Below are positions 34,332-43,521 of a stretch of 52,950 nt of DNA, one piece after another. Origin of the DNA: Burkholderiales bacterium (GTDB lineage: Bacteria; Pseudomonadota; Gammaproteobacteria; Burkholderiales; SHXO01); contig DATBMG010000026.1 in the NCBI GenBank assembly GCA_036554965.1, positions 1 through 52,950 on the forward strand, read 5' to 3'. The notes beneath the pieces were generated by a model. The model had not been told where the DNA came from. It made no database searches and was given only the letters and a program-made list of their open reading frames with translations. Within the stretch, counting starts at the first letter, position 1; each line of letters begins with the position of its first letter. The position numbers and the translations under genes are program-made.

Positions 34332-35135
34332 TTAAGCGGCCACGTGGCCGGCGCGGAAATCGTTACCCGCGCGGTCGATGCCGCGCACCAGCCAGATCGG
34401 GCGCGAGGCATAGTCCACGACCTGCGTGTCGGTGAGGTGCGTCGGCGGTATGGAGCGGTCGAACAGCGACGTGGCGGGCATGTAGCGGATCGCCCAACCC
34501 GCGCGGCGCTTGGCCGAGCGATTCGCGTTCGACCCGTGGATGATGTTCACGTGATGCAGCGAAACCTGCCCTGCCTCCAGCTCGATATTCTCGGCCATCG
34601 ACTCGTCGATTCCATCTTCGATGCCCTGGTTCAAGGCCAGCGCCGCCTCATGGGAGACGCCGTGCTTCATCAGTCCCCGCTTGTGGCTTCCCGGAATCAC
34701 GCGCAGGCAGCCGTTATCGACGGTCGACCGATCGATCGCCACCCATACCGTGACCGAGGCCAGCGGACGAATCGGCCAGTACTGTCCGTCCTGATGCCAG
34801 GGAATGGCCATGCCGTCCCCGGCAGGCTTGCAGAACACCTGGCTGCCCCAATGGATGATGTCGGGACCGATCACGCCCTCCACCAGATCGAGCAGATAGG
34901 GATCGTGCGCGCATTCCAGCAGGATCTCGTTGCCGCGCACGCCCGACGTGGTGTTGCCACCGGACTTGACGTGCGCGCCCACGAGCTGCTCGGGACGCAC
35001 ATTCGGGTTGTCGTCGAGCAGCCGTTGCACGCCTTGATGCATGCGGTTGAACAGCCGCTCCGGCAGCGGCGCCTTGGGGGTCACGTAGCCGTTGGCCTGG
35101 TACGCCCGGCGATCGGCTTCGCTCAGCGTCACCAT
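34332..35135 (-). CDS. Phytanoyl-CoA dioxygenase (PhyH) family Fe(II)/2-oxoglutarate oxygenase
   Basis: In-frame ATG at 35135. WHQDGQYW (HxD) and HGSNAN motifs. 267 aa. Confidence 0.85.
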   Translation of the reverse strand: MVTLSEADRRAYQANGYVTPKAPLPERLFNRMHQGVQRLLDDNPNVRPEQLVGAHVKSGGNTTSGVRGNEILLECAHDPYLLDLVEGVIGPDIIHWGSQVFCKPAGDGMAIPWHQDGQYWPIRPLASVTVWVAIDRSTVDNGCLRVIPGSHKRGLMKHGVSHEAALALNQGIEDGIDESMAENIELEAGQVSLHHVNIIHGSNANRSAKRRAGWAIRYMPATSLFDRSIPPTHLTDTQVVDYASRPIWLVRGIDRAGNDFRAGHVAA

Positions 35136-35196
35136 GGGACACCTTCTTCGAGAGATGCGGTCGAAATCATGTCGTTCGTCACCGGCGCGGTGCAGC

Positions 35197-36477
35197 TCAG
35201 GGCCGGGTTTCGGTCGCGGACTGATTGACCATCGGCTTGGCCACCGACGCGCGCACGATGGGGATCTCTGCATCCCCCAGCGGCGCCATGCACTTCTTGC
35301 GTGCCAGCGCCTTCTCGACGAAGGGCGCAAGCTCCTCCGCTTTGCGCCGCTGGCGCTCCGCGGTCCGGGGCGCGAATGCGGGCAGCACTTCGCGCGCCAG
35401 CAGTTCGAGCGACTGGCAGATGTGGTCATGTCGGTTGCGACCGGCCTGCTGCAGCAGGATGATCTGGTCGACACCGGCGGACTCGAAGGAGTGCACGTGC
35501 GCGCGGAATGCGGCCGGCGTGCCGATGCCGCGCGACTGCTGGAAGGCGGCCGAAAGGCTCTCCGTGCCGGCGGTGTCTGCGCCGCCATTGTCCACGCCGG
35601 AAGCCGCGCCGGCGCGTTGCTCGCGGAACTGCTCGAAGAGCTGCGAGCGGCCGGGGACGGCGTCGTGCGTTACGAGCGCGCTGATGGCGTAACGGAAGAA
35701 CTCGAACCCCTCTTGCCCGCGGCGCAACGCCTCCGCGGCGTCGGCGTGGAGCGAGAACGCCGACACCATGGCGATGTTGGCGTTGACGCTGTGGCCAAGC
35801 GGCACGCACGCGTCGCTCTTGATGATGTCGTAGTACAGGCGACTCCAGGTGCGCGCCTCCTCCTCGTCGATGAAGGAGAAGGCCAGCGCGCCCAGGCCCA
35901 GGCTGGCTGCCACCTTGATGGTGTCGCGGTTGGTGCAGGCCATCCACATCGGCGGATGCGGCTTCTGCACCGGCTTGGGGAGCACGTTGCGGCAGGGCAT
36001 GTTGAACGAGCGGCCCTCGAACCCGGGATAGGGCGCCATCACCATCATGTTGGCGATCTGCTCGGCGGCCTCCAGCGCCATGGCGCGCTTCTCCTTGGCC
36101 GGGATGCCGAATCCGCCGAGCTCGAGCCTGGTCGCACCCTCGCCGATGCCGAACTCGGCGCGCCCGTTGGAGACGAGATCGAGCATGGCGATCGCCTCGG
36201 CGGTGCGCGCCGGATGATTGTAGTTGGCGATCACCTGGCGGATGCCGTGCCCGAGCCGGATGCGCTTGGTTCGGGCCGCCGCGGCGGCAAGAAACACTTC
36301 GGAGGCCGAGCAGTGCGAGTATTCCTCGAGGAAGTGATGCTCGACCGCCCACGCGTAATCGATGCCGATGCTGTCGGCCAACTCGACTTGCTCGAGCGCA
36401 TCCTGGACCAGCTGGCGCTCGTCGTCGGGACCCCAAGGTTTCGGCAGCTGGAGCTCGTAGAAGATCCCGAATTGCAT
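35197..36477 (-). CDS. LLM-class (luciferase-like) flavin-dependent oxidoreductase with an extended C-terminus
   Basis: In-frame ATG at 36477. MQFGIFYELQLPKPW...IDYAWAVEHHF...GIGEG motifs. 426 aa, about 100 aa longer than a typical LLM core. Confidence 0.85.
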   Translation of the reverse strand: MQFGIFYELQLPKPWGPDDERQLVQDALEQVELADSIGIDYAWAVEHHFLEEYSHCSASEVFLAAAAARTKRIRLGHGIRQVIANYNHPARTAEAIAMLDLVSNGRAEFGIGEGATRLELGGFGIPAKEKRAMALEAAEQIANMMVMAPYPGFEGRSFNMPCRNVLPKPVQKPHPPMWMACTNRDTIKVAASLGLGALAFSFIDEEEARTWSRLYYDIIKSDACVPLGHSVNANIAMVSAFSLHADAAEALRRGQEGFEFFRYAISALVTHDAVPGRSQLFEQFREQRAGAASGVDNGGADTAGTESLSAAFQQSRGIGTPAAFRAHVHSFESAGVDQIILLQQAGRNRHDHICQSLELLAREVLPAFAPRTAERQRRKAEELAPFVEKALARKKCMAPLGDAEIPIVRASVAKPMVNQSATETRP

Positions 36478-36546
36478 CGCCTTTGCTCCCGATGAGTGGG
36501 TCCCGAACACCCCGTCATGCGATGGTAGCCAATTCCGCAGCCGGGG

Positions 36547-37659
36547 TCACGAGGCTGCCGGCAGCAGCGCCTTCACGTGCTCGGCGATGGCGAGCGAAGC
36601 GGTCAGCCCCGGCGATTCGATGCCGTACAGATTGACCAGCCCGGGCACGCCGTGCTCGCGCGGCCCTTGCACGACGAAGTCGGCGGCCGGCTCGTTCGGG
36701 CCGCTGATCTTCGGGCGGATGCCGGTGTAGCCGGGCTGCAGCCGACCGTTCTTGAGCGCCGGGTAGTAGTCGCGGATCGCCGCGTAGAAGAGCGACTCGC
36801 GCGCGCTGTCGAAGCTGTAGTCGATGCGGTCGATCCAGGAGATGTCCGGGCCGAAGCGTGCCTGGCCGCCCAGATCGACGGTCACGTGCACGCCGAGGGA
36901 GCCGGGGCCGGCGATCGGGTACACCAGCCGGCGGAACGGCGACCTGCCCGACAAGGTGTAGTAGTGACCCTTGGCGAAGTACTGCGGCGGAATGGTGTGC
37001 TCGGGCATGCCGCGCAGCGTGCGTGCGACACTCGGCGCGAGCAGGCCGGCCGAGTTCACCAGCGCATTGCACAGGATCGTCATCGGTTCGCTGCCGCCGA
37101 CTGCCAGCGCGATGCCGTCGTCGCGCACCGCGCCGTGCAGCACGGGGCTCATGAACACCACCGTGCCGCCGTGCCGCTCGAGATCGCCCTGCAGCGACAG
37201 CATGAGGGCGTGGCTGTCCACGATTCCGGTCGAAGGCGAATACACCGCAGCCGCCGCCCGCACCGCCGGTTCCAGCTCGCGCAGCTCGTCGAGCGAGATG
37301 CGGCGCAAATCGGTGACGCCGTTGGCCGCGGCCTTGTCGATGTAGCCCAGCACGGTCGGGATCTCCGCCGCGTGCGCGGCCACCAGCACCTTGCCGCAAT
37401 TCGAGTGCGGCACGGCGCGCTCGCGGCAGTAGTCGTAGAGCAGCCCCCTGCCGCGCACGCACAGCCGCGCCTTGTGCGAGCCCGCCGGATAGTAGATGCC
37501 GGCGTGGATCACCTCCGAGTTGCGCGAGCTGGTGTGGTTGCCGATGGATTCCTCGGCCTCGAGCACGATCACCTCGCGGCCCGCCAGCGCCAGTTCGCGC
37601 GCGACGGCCAGGCCGACCACGCCCGCCCCGATCACCACCGCATCGACTCTCTCCGCCAC
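36547..37659 (-). CDS. FAD-dependent oxidoreductase, L-2-hydroxyglutarate oxidase (LhgO/YgaF)-like
   Basis: GTG start. Dinucleotide fold [32 protein letters not shown]-terminal GIESPGLT. Confidence 0.85.
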   Translation of the reverse strand: MAERVDAVVIGAGVVGLAVARELALAGREVIVLEAEESIGNHTSSRNSEVIHAGIYYPAGSHKARLCVRGRGLLYDYCRERAVPHSNCGKVLVAAHAAEIPTVLGYIDKAAANGVTDLRRISLDELRELEPAVRAAAAVYSPSTGIVDSHALMLSLQGDLERHGGTVVFMSPVLHGAVRDDGIALAVGGSEPMTILCNALVNSAGLLAPSVARTLRGMPEHTIPPQYFAKGHYYTLSGRSPFRRLVYPIAGPGSLGVHVTVDLGGQARFGPDISWIDRIDYSFDSARESLFYAAIRDYYPALKNGRLQPGYTGIRPKISGPNEPAADFVVQGPREHGVPGLVNLYGIESPGLTASLAIAEHVKALLPAAS

Positions 37660-37709
37660 CGCCGCCGCCGTCCGGACTCGAAGACGCGCATGATACCGGC
37701 GCCGCCACT

Positions 37710-37761
37710 ATCGATCGAGTGGGCATCGATCGAGAGGCATCGATCGAGGGGATCGATCGAG
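37710..37761. repeat. 4 x ATCGATCGAG motif at a shrinking period (15/14/13 nt) in a divergent promoter region
   Basis: Read directly: ATCGATCGAGtgggc ATCGATCGAGaggc ATCGATCGAGggg ATCGATCGAG. It lies between the LhgO-like gene (start 37659) and the DUF3025 gene (start 37801). Confidence 0.85.
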
Positions 37762-37800
37762 CGGACAGGCGGGCAGGCTAGCGATGGTAGGCTATGGCGC

Positions 37801-38691
37801 ATGACCACCGCTCCCACCTGGGACCACGACTTCGCGCGGCGCTCGCCGATGTTCGCCCCGCTGCGGGCGCTGGCCGACAAGCTGCCCGAGATCGGCTGGC
37901 CCAATGTCGAGGTGCTGAATCACGTCGCCGATGAAACCGGGCGGCGCATCGTCAACGCACGCGGGCAGCGCATCCGCTTCGTCACCGCCGACCAGGATCG
38001 CGGCGCGCGCTTCGAGCCGCGCACGTGGTTGACCGGCGAGGTGCAGGTGCGGCGCATCGACTGGCACGACCTGCTCAACGCCCTCACCTGGATCACTTAT
38101 CCCACCGCCAAGGCGTCGATCAATGGCCGGCACCAAGCGGCGCTGGAGGCTGAAGGCGGTGCCTCGTGGCAAGACGGCTCCAGCCGCTCGCCGACGCGCG
38201 ATGCGCTGACCCATCTCGACGAGGACGGCGTGGTGGTGCTGAGCAGCCAGCGCGACCTGGCAGGGCTGCTGCGCGGCTTCGCCTGGAAAGAGCTGTTCTG
38301 GCAGCGGCGCGCGCAAGTGCGCCGGTCGATGCGCTTCTTCGTGTTCGGTCACGCGCTCTTTCACAAGGCGCTCGCGCCCTTCGTCGGCATGACCGGCAAC
38401 GCGCTGCTGTTCGAGGTCGCGCCCGCCGTGCTGGAGCGCGATCCGGAGGCGCTGCGTACGGAGGTGGATCGGCTGACCGCGGTGCACGTGTGGAACCCCG
38501 AGCGCATGCTGCGCCCGCGCGAGCTGTGCCCCCTGCCCGTGCTCGGCGTCCCGGGCTGGTGGGATGCGAACGAGGACGCGGGTTTCTACGACGACGTGAG
38601 CTACTTTCGCCCGGGACGAATGCCGCGCAAGCGCCGGCCTGCGCCGGCCCCCGGGCTTGCCGGCCGGAGCGAACCCCGGGGCCAACACTAG
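37801..38691 (+). CDS. DUF3025 domain-containing protein
   Basis: In-frame ATG at 37801. WHDLLNALTWITYPTAKASIN...FVFGHALFHKAL...LPVLGVPGWW pattern of DUF3025. Confidence 0.8.
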   Translation: MTTAPTWDHDFARRSPMFAPLRALADKLPEIGWPNVEVLNHVADETGRRIVNARGQRIRFVTADQDRGARFEPRTWLTGEVQVRRIDWHDLLNALTWITYPTAKASINGRHQAALEAEGGASWQDGSSRSPTRDALTHLDEDGVVVLSSQRDLAGLLRGFAWKELFWQRRAQVRRSMRFFVFGHALFHKALAPFVGMTGNALLFEVAPAVLERDPEALRTEVDRLTAVHVWNPERMLRPRELCPLPVLGVPGWWDANEDAGFYDDVSYFRPGRMPRKRRPAPAPGLAGRSEPRGQH

Positions 38692-38705
38692 CGTCCGGGC
38701 GCGTC

Positions 38706-39869
38706 ATGCCGCACTCGGAAGAACAACGCAGAACCATTGCGCTGCTGGCCGTGGCGGCCTTCGTCTCCGGAGCGAACTTGCGGGTGGCCGACCCGCTGAT
38801 CCCCAAGCTCGCCCAGGATTTCTCGGCCGGCGTGGGGGCCGCGGCGAGCGTGGTGAGCGCTTTCACGCTCGCCTATGCGCTGTTCCAGGTGGTGCACGGA
38901 CCCCTGGGCGATCGCATCGGCAAGCTGCGCACGGTGACGATCGGCATGTTCATCGCGGCGGCGGCGGCGTTCGCCAGCGCGGCCGCGCCGAACCTGGCGC
39001 TGCTGTCGCTCGGGCGCTTCCTCACCGGCATGGGCGCGGCCGCCGTCATCCCCTTGTCGCTGGCCTTCATCGGCGACACGGTGCCCTACGAGCGGCGCCA
39101 GCTCATGCTGGGACGCTTCATCGGCGCCGTGCTGACCGGACAGGTGTTCGGGCCGCTGCTCGCCGGCGCGCTGAGCGACTATCTGTCGTGGCGGGCGGTG
39201 TTCGTGGTGATCGGCGCGGTGTTCGCGGCGGTTGGCCTGCGCCTGCTGGCCGCGGGGCGCGGGCGGCAAGCGGCGCTCGCTGCACCGCGCGCCAATCCGT
39301 TGGCGCAATACGCACGACTCGCGCGCGACCGCTGGGTGCGCGTGATCGTCCTCACCGTCGCGGCGGAGGGCTTCCTGTTCTACGGAGCGTTCGCCTACCT
39401 GGGCGCCTATCTGAAGAGCGCGTTCGGCATCGGCTACCTGCTGATCGGCCTGCTGCTGGCGGGCTTCAGCGTGGGTGGCGTGCTCTACAGCCTGCTGGTG
39501 CGGTGGCTGGTGCTGCGGCTCAGGGAGCGTGGCCTGGCGATCACCGGCGGCGCGCTGTTGCTGGTGTGCTTTCTGGGCATCGCGCTGATGCCTACCTGGC
39601 CGCTGACCGTACCGTTCTTCGTCGCCAGCGGGCTGGCCTTCTACATGCTGCACAACACCCTGCAGACCAAGGCCACGGAGATGGCCCCGCAGGCTCGTGG
39701 CGCGGCCGTGTCGTTTTTCGCGTTCTGCCTGTTCCTGGGTCAGGCCGCCGGCGCGGCGGCCTTCGGTCAGGCGATCGAGGCGATCGGCTACCCGGCGATG
39801 TTCGTGGCGGCGGGGGTGGGGCTGCTGCTGCTGGCCGCCGAGTTCCGGCGGCGGCTGGTGGCTACTTGA
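38706..39869 (+). CDS. MFS transporter
   Basis: In-frame ATG at 38706. About 12 TM helices and MFS loop motif GPLGDRIGKLR. Confidence 0.85.
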   Translation: MPHSEEQRRTIALLAVAAFVSGANLRVADPLIPKLAQDFSAGVGAAASVVSAFTLAYALFQVVHGPLGDRIGKLRTVTIGMFIAAAAAFASAAAPNLALLSLGRFLTGMGAAAVIPLSLAFIGDTVPYERRQLMLGRFIGAVLTGQVFGPLLAGALSDYLSWRAVFVVIGAVFAAVGLRLLAAGRGRQAALAAPRANPLAQYARLARDRWVRVIVLTVAAEGFLFYGAFAYLGAYLKSAFGIGYLLIGLLLAGFSVGGVLYSLLVRWLVLRLRERGLAITGGALLLVCFLGIALMPTWPLTVPFFVASGLAFYMLHNTLQTKATEMAPQARGAAVSFFAFCLFLGQAAGAAAFGQAIEAIGYPAMFVAAGVGLLLLAAEFRRRLVAT

Positions 39870-40509
39870 AGCGGTACAGAAACGTGATGGAGAAGGCGTC
39901 CACGTCCGTGTCGCCGCCCATGGCGTCGTCCAGCACGTAGCGCTCCCATTCGCCGCGAAACGCCACGCCGGAGTCGAACTCGTAGGCTACGCCGGCGCCG
40001 AACTTGTAGCCCGGCTCGTACTCCAGCAGCTCGTCGTCCGCGAGCGCCATCCCTTGTCCTTTCAGCTCCACGCGCGTCTCCGCGACCAGACCGCCCGCCC
40101 GGCCATAGATGCGCCAGTTGCCGCCCAAGGGCAGGAAAGCCAGCACGTCCAGGCTGAAGCCCCAGTAGTCGGTCTCGCCGCTCATCCGGCCGGCGGGCGA
40201 GACGTTGGTCCCGAAATGGAGGTCGGGCAGCATGAACGCGTTGGCCTCGAGCGCGATCATGCTGGTGAAGCTGTAGCCCAGGAACAGCTTGTACAGGAAG
40301 GTGTCTTCGTCCTTGTCGATCGGCCCGACGGCGGTGCTGCCCGGGCTCTGGCGCGCGACCTCGCCGCGAATGGAGCCGTCGTCCAGCGAGGCTTTGCCGT
40401 AGCCGATACCGGTGCCGATATACCAGCCCTGCTCCGCCCCGAAGGCCGAGGGGGCTGCGCCTATGCCGAGCAGTGCCGCGGAGCAGGCGGCTAAGACGAA
40501 TCTGGTCAT
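39862..40509 (-). CDS. Outer-membrane beta-barrel protein (OmpA-membrane/opacity-porin-like)
   Basis: In-frame ATG at 40509. Signal peptide MTRFVLAACSAALLGIGAAPSAFGA, alternating beta-strand pattern, aromatic-rich C-terminus ...ITFLYRFK. Confidence 0.7.
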   Translation of the reverse strand: MTRFVLAACSAALLGIGAAPSAFGAEQGWYIGTGIGYGKASLDDGSIRGEVARQSPGSTAVGPIDKDEDTFLYKLFLGYSFTSMIALEANAFMLPDLHFGTNVSPAGRMSGETDYWGFSLDVLAFLPLGGNWRIYGRAGGLVAETRVELKGQGMALADDELLEYEPGYKFGAGVAYEFDSGVAFRGEWERYVLDDAMGGDTDVDAFSITFLYRFK

Positions 40510-40704
40510 CCTTAACTCTCCCTGGTTCATGTGAGACCGATGGGGTGGCCTGCCGGCGCGTCGGAAGCGACGCGGAAGTGTCGCGCATTTGCCATGCGTG
40601 GACAAGCCGTTATGCCGGGTTATTACGGCTTCGCTTTAGACAATCTTTAGCCGGGCGGGGCGCGAGGGACAGGCGGCCACGGGCGGCGCAGTTCGGTGCG
40701 AGGT

Positions 40705-40733
40705 TTGACACTATGCCCATAGCCACCTATACT
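40705..40733 (+). promoter_or_regulatory. Near-consensus sigma-70 promoter (TTGACA-N17-TATACT) for the rubrerythrin cluster
   Basis: TTGACA at 40705-40710, a 17-nt spacer, and TATACT at 40728-40733, in an AT-rich patch 160 nt upstream of the ATG at 40893. Confidence 0.5.
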
Positions 40734-40743
40734 TCGTTCATCA

Positions 40744-40760
40744 ATTAGACTTAGTCTAAT
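40744..40760. promoter_or_regulatory. Perfect 8-1-8 palindrome ATTAGACT-T-AGTCTAAT (candidate operator)
   Basis: Read directly. It starts 11 nt after the -10 hexamer, across the predicted transcription start, which is the classical repressor position. Confidence 0.4.
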
Positions 40761-40811
40761 AGCAGTCGCGGTCGCCCCGGGGCGGAGCCCTGAGGAGCAC
40801 CTGCTGGCGCC

Positions 40812-40880
40812 GTTTCTCAACCGCAACGACCGCTGTTTCTCAACCGTAACGACCGCCGTTTCTCAACCTTAACGACCGTA
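40812..40880 (+). repeat. 3 x 23-nt tandem repeat GTTTCTCAACCGYAACGACCGCY in the rubrerythrin 5' leader
   Basis: Copies at 40812-40834, 40835-40857 and 40858-40880. The array ends exactly at the GGAG RBS (40881-40884). Confidence 0.9.
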
Positions 40881-40892
40881 GGAGATCCGTTC

Positions 40893-41315
40893 ATGAAAGC
40901 GCTGAAGGGCAGCAAGACCGAGGAGAACCTGAAGTACGCCTTTGCCGGCGAGTCGCAGGCCAACCGCCGTTATCTGTACTTCGCCAACAAGGCCGACGTG
41001 GAAGGGCAGAACGACGTCTCCGCCGTGTTCCGCTCCACCGCGGAAGGCGAGACCGGCCATGCGCACGGCCACCTCGAGTATCTCGAGCAGGTGGGCGACC
41101 CCGCCACCGGGCTGCCGATCGGACGCACGCGTGACAATCTGAAGGCCGCCATCGCCGGCGAGACGCACGAATACACCGACATGTATCCGGGGATGGCGAA
41201 GACCGCCCGCCAGGAGGGCTTCGAGGAAATCGCCGACTGGTTCGAAACGCTGGCCAAGGCCGAACGCTCGCACGCCAACCGCTTCCAGAAGGCGCTCGAC
41301 GTCCTCGCCGACTGA
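40893..41315 (+). CDS. Rubrerythrin-family diiron protein lacking the rubredoxin domain (erythrin type)
   Basis: 140 aa. [27 protein letters not shown]..., two E...ExxH diiron motifs ([15 protein letters not shown]...AERSHANRF). Confidence 0.9.
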   Translation: MKALKGSKTEENLKYAFAGESQANRRYLYFANKADVEGQNDVSAVFRSTAEGETGHAHGHLEYLEQVGDPATGLPIGRTRDNLKAAIAGETHEYTDMYPGMAKTARQEGFEEIADWFETLAKAERSHANRFQKALDVLAD

Positions 41316-41328
41316 GCACAACGACACG

Positions 41329-41369
41329 CGCGAGGCGCACAGGCGCGTGGCCTGGCGCCTCGTGTTTTT
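41329..41369 (+). terminator. Rho-independent terminator/attenuator after the rubrerythrin gene
   Basis: Stem CGAGGCGC...GCGCCTCG (extendable), followed by TGTTTTT. It lies 24 nt before the next ATG. Confidence 0.55.
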
Positions 41370-41392
41370 CTGACCCCTGACTCCTGATCCCG

Positions 41393-42718
41393 ATGCGCGA
41401 AGGCAGCCTGGAAGCCCCCACCCGCCACCCGATCGAGTGGAAGAAGCCGGCGTACCACGACGAAGCGCAGCTCTTCAAGGAGTTGGAACGGGTGTACGAC
41501 ATCTGCCACGGCTGCCGCCGCTGCGTGAGTCTGTGCACCGCCTTTCCGACGCTGTTCGACCTGGTGGACGCCAGCCCGACCATGGAGGTGGACGGGGTCG
41601 AGAAGCGCGATTTCTGGAAGGTCGTGGACCAGTGTTATCTCTGCGATCTGTGCTACATGACCAAGTGCCCCTACGTTCCCCCGCACCCGTGGAACGTGGA
41701 CTTCCCGCACCTCATGCTGCGCGCCAAGGCGGTGAAGCACCGCAAGGGCGAGACCCGGTTCCGCGACAAGCTGCTGTCGAGCACCGATGCACTGGGCAAG
41801 CTCGCCTCGATTCCGGTGGTGGTGCAGATGGTGAACGCCGCGAACAAGATGCCGGCTGCGCGCAAGGCGATGGAGGGCACGCTCGGCATCCACCGGGAGC
41901 GCGAGCTGCCCGAGTACAGCAGCGCCAAGTTCCGCAGCCGCGCGCGTCCCGAAGCCGGCTTCGCCGTGAAGAACGGCGCCAACACGCCCGGCAAGGTGGC
42001 GATCTTCGCCACCTGCTACGTGAACTACAACGAGCCGGGCATTGGCCACGACCTGCTGCAGGTGCTGGCGCACAACGAGATCCCGGCCGTCGTCGTGGAG
42101 AAGGAGAACTGCTGCGGCATGCCCAAGCTCGAGCTGGGCGATCTGGATGCGGTGGAGAAGCTCAAGGACGGCAACATCCCGGTGCTGGTGCGGCTGGCGC
42201 GCGAGGGCTATGCCATCCTCACCGCGATTCCCTCCTGCACGCTGATGTTCAAGCAGGAGCTGCCGCTGCTGTTTCCCGACGACGCTGACGTGCAGGCGGT
42301 GGCGCAGGCCATGTTCGATCCCTTCGAGTACCTGTCGCTGCGCAACCGCGACGGCATGCTGCGCACCGATTTCAAGCGGCCGCTGGGCAAGGTCAGCTAC
42401 CACGTGCCCTGTCACCTGCGGGTGCAGAACATGGGGCTGCGCACGCGCGAGGTGCTGGGCCTGGTCCCCGGGTCGGAGCTGAACACCGTGGAGCGCTGCT
42501 CCGGCCACGACGGCACCTGGGGCGTGAAGCAGGAGTACTTCGCCAACTCCATGAAGATCGGCCGCCCGGTGTTCCGCGCCATGGCGGGAACCGAACCGGA
42601 CTTCATCAGCTCTGACTGTCCGATAGCCGGGCGCCACATCCGGCAGGGCATGGGGCCCGGCGCCAAGGGCGAGAAGCAGCACCCGATCACGCTGCTGCGC
42701 ATCGCCTACGGTTTGTAA
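41393..42718 (+). CDS. (Fe-S)-binding protein with two CCG domains (HdrD/GlpC-like heterodisulfide-reductase-related)
   Basis: 441 aa. Ferredoxin-type motifs [11 protein letters not shown] and [13 protein letters not shown], then CCG-type Cys motifs ([17 protein letters not shown]). Confidence 0.85.
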   Translation: MREGSLEAPTRHPIEWKKPAYHDEAQLFKELERVYDICHGCRRCVSLCTAFPTLFDLVDASPTMEVDGVEKRDFWKVVDQCYLCDLCYMTKCPYVPPHPWNVDFPHLMLRAKAVKHRKGETRFRDKLLSSTDALGKLASIPVVVQMVNAANKMPAARKAMEGTLGIHRERELPEYSSAKFRSRARPEAGFAVKNGANTPGKVAIFATCYVNYNEPGIGHDLLQVLAHNEIPAVVVEKENCCGMPKLELGDLDAVEKLKDGNIPVLVRLAREGYAILTAIPSCTLMFKQELPLLFPDDADVQAVAQAMFDPFEYLSLRNRDGMLRTDFKRPLGKVSYHVPCHLRVQNMGLRTREVLGLVPGSELNTVERCSGHDGTWGVKQEYFANSMKIGRPVFRAMAGTEPDFISSDCPIAGRHIRQGMGPGAKGEKQHPITLLRIAYGL

Positions 42719-42781
42719 CAGCGTGGTAGATACTTTCTCAGGAAAATTCCGATGCTGACTGCCCGAGTGAAGAGGAAAACG

Positions 42782-43369
42782 ATGCCGCGCATCACCGCCG
42801 CAAGCCTGATGACGCTGGAGACCTACGCCAAGGTGCGCAACGACTTCCGGGCCAACGTCATGGCCCACAAGAAGAACCGCGCCGTGGCGCTCGGCCCGCA
42901 CGTCACGCTGCAGTTCGAGGACGAGATGACCATGCGCTACCAGATCCAGGAAATGCTGCGCGCAGAACGCATTTTCGAGGAGGCCGGCATCCAGGATGAG
43001 CTGGATGCCTACAATCCGCTGATCCCGGACGGCAGCAACTGGAAGGCCACCATGATGATCGAGTATCCCGATGTGGCGCAGCGGCAGAAGGCGCTGTCCG
43101 AGCTGGTCGGGATCGAAGACCGGGTGTGGGTCCAGGTCGAGGGGTGCCCGCGCGTGTACGCGATCGCGGACGAGGACCTGGAGCGCGAGACCGAGAGCAA
43201 GACCTCGTCGGTGCACTTCCTGCGCTTCGAGCTCGACCCTTCCATGACGCTGGCCGTGCGCGGCGGGGCCCAGATCCGCATGGGCGTGGACCATCCGCGC
43301 TATCAGGCGACGGTGGACGCGGTGCCGGCGGCGGTGCGCGACTCGCTGGCGAAGGATCTTGCGGGCTAG
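42782..43369 (+). CDS. DUF3501 family protein
   Basis: In-frame ATG at 42782 after GAGGA. 195 aa. [23 protein letters not shown]...[20 protein letters not shown] pattern of DUF3501. Confidence 0.8.
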   Translation: MPRITAASLMTLETYAKVRNDFRANVMAHKKNRAVALGPHVTLQFEDEMTMRYQIQEMLRAERIFEEAGIQDELDAYNPLIPDGSNWKATMMIEYPDVAQRQKALSELVGIEDRVWVQVEGCPRVYAIADEDLERETESKTSSVHFLRFELDPSMTLAVRGGAQIRMGVDHPRYQATVDAVPAAVRDSLAKDLAG

Positions 43370-43398
43370 GAGCTGGATCACCGCGAACGGTACCGCCA

Positions 43399-43430
43399 CC
43401 CCGCCCGAGAGAGGCGGGGAATTGTCTTTT
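43399..43430 (+). terminator. Rho-independent terminator after the DUF3501 gene
   Basis: CCCCGCC-cgagaga-GGCGGGG followed by AATTGTCTTTT. Confidence 0.6.
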
Positions 43431-43521
43431 CAAGTCGCGCCTTAAGGGCGCATTCGGTAGAATCCCTCTCGGAGGCGCCGCTCGAGCGGGCGGCGCCGCT
43501 TTCAACCGGGAGAACCCGTAC

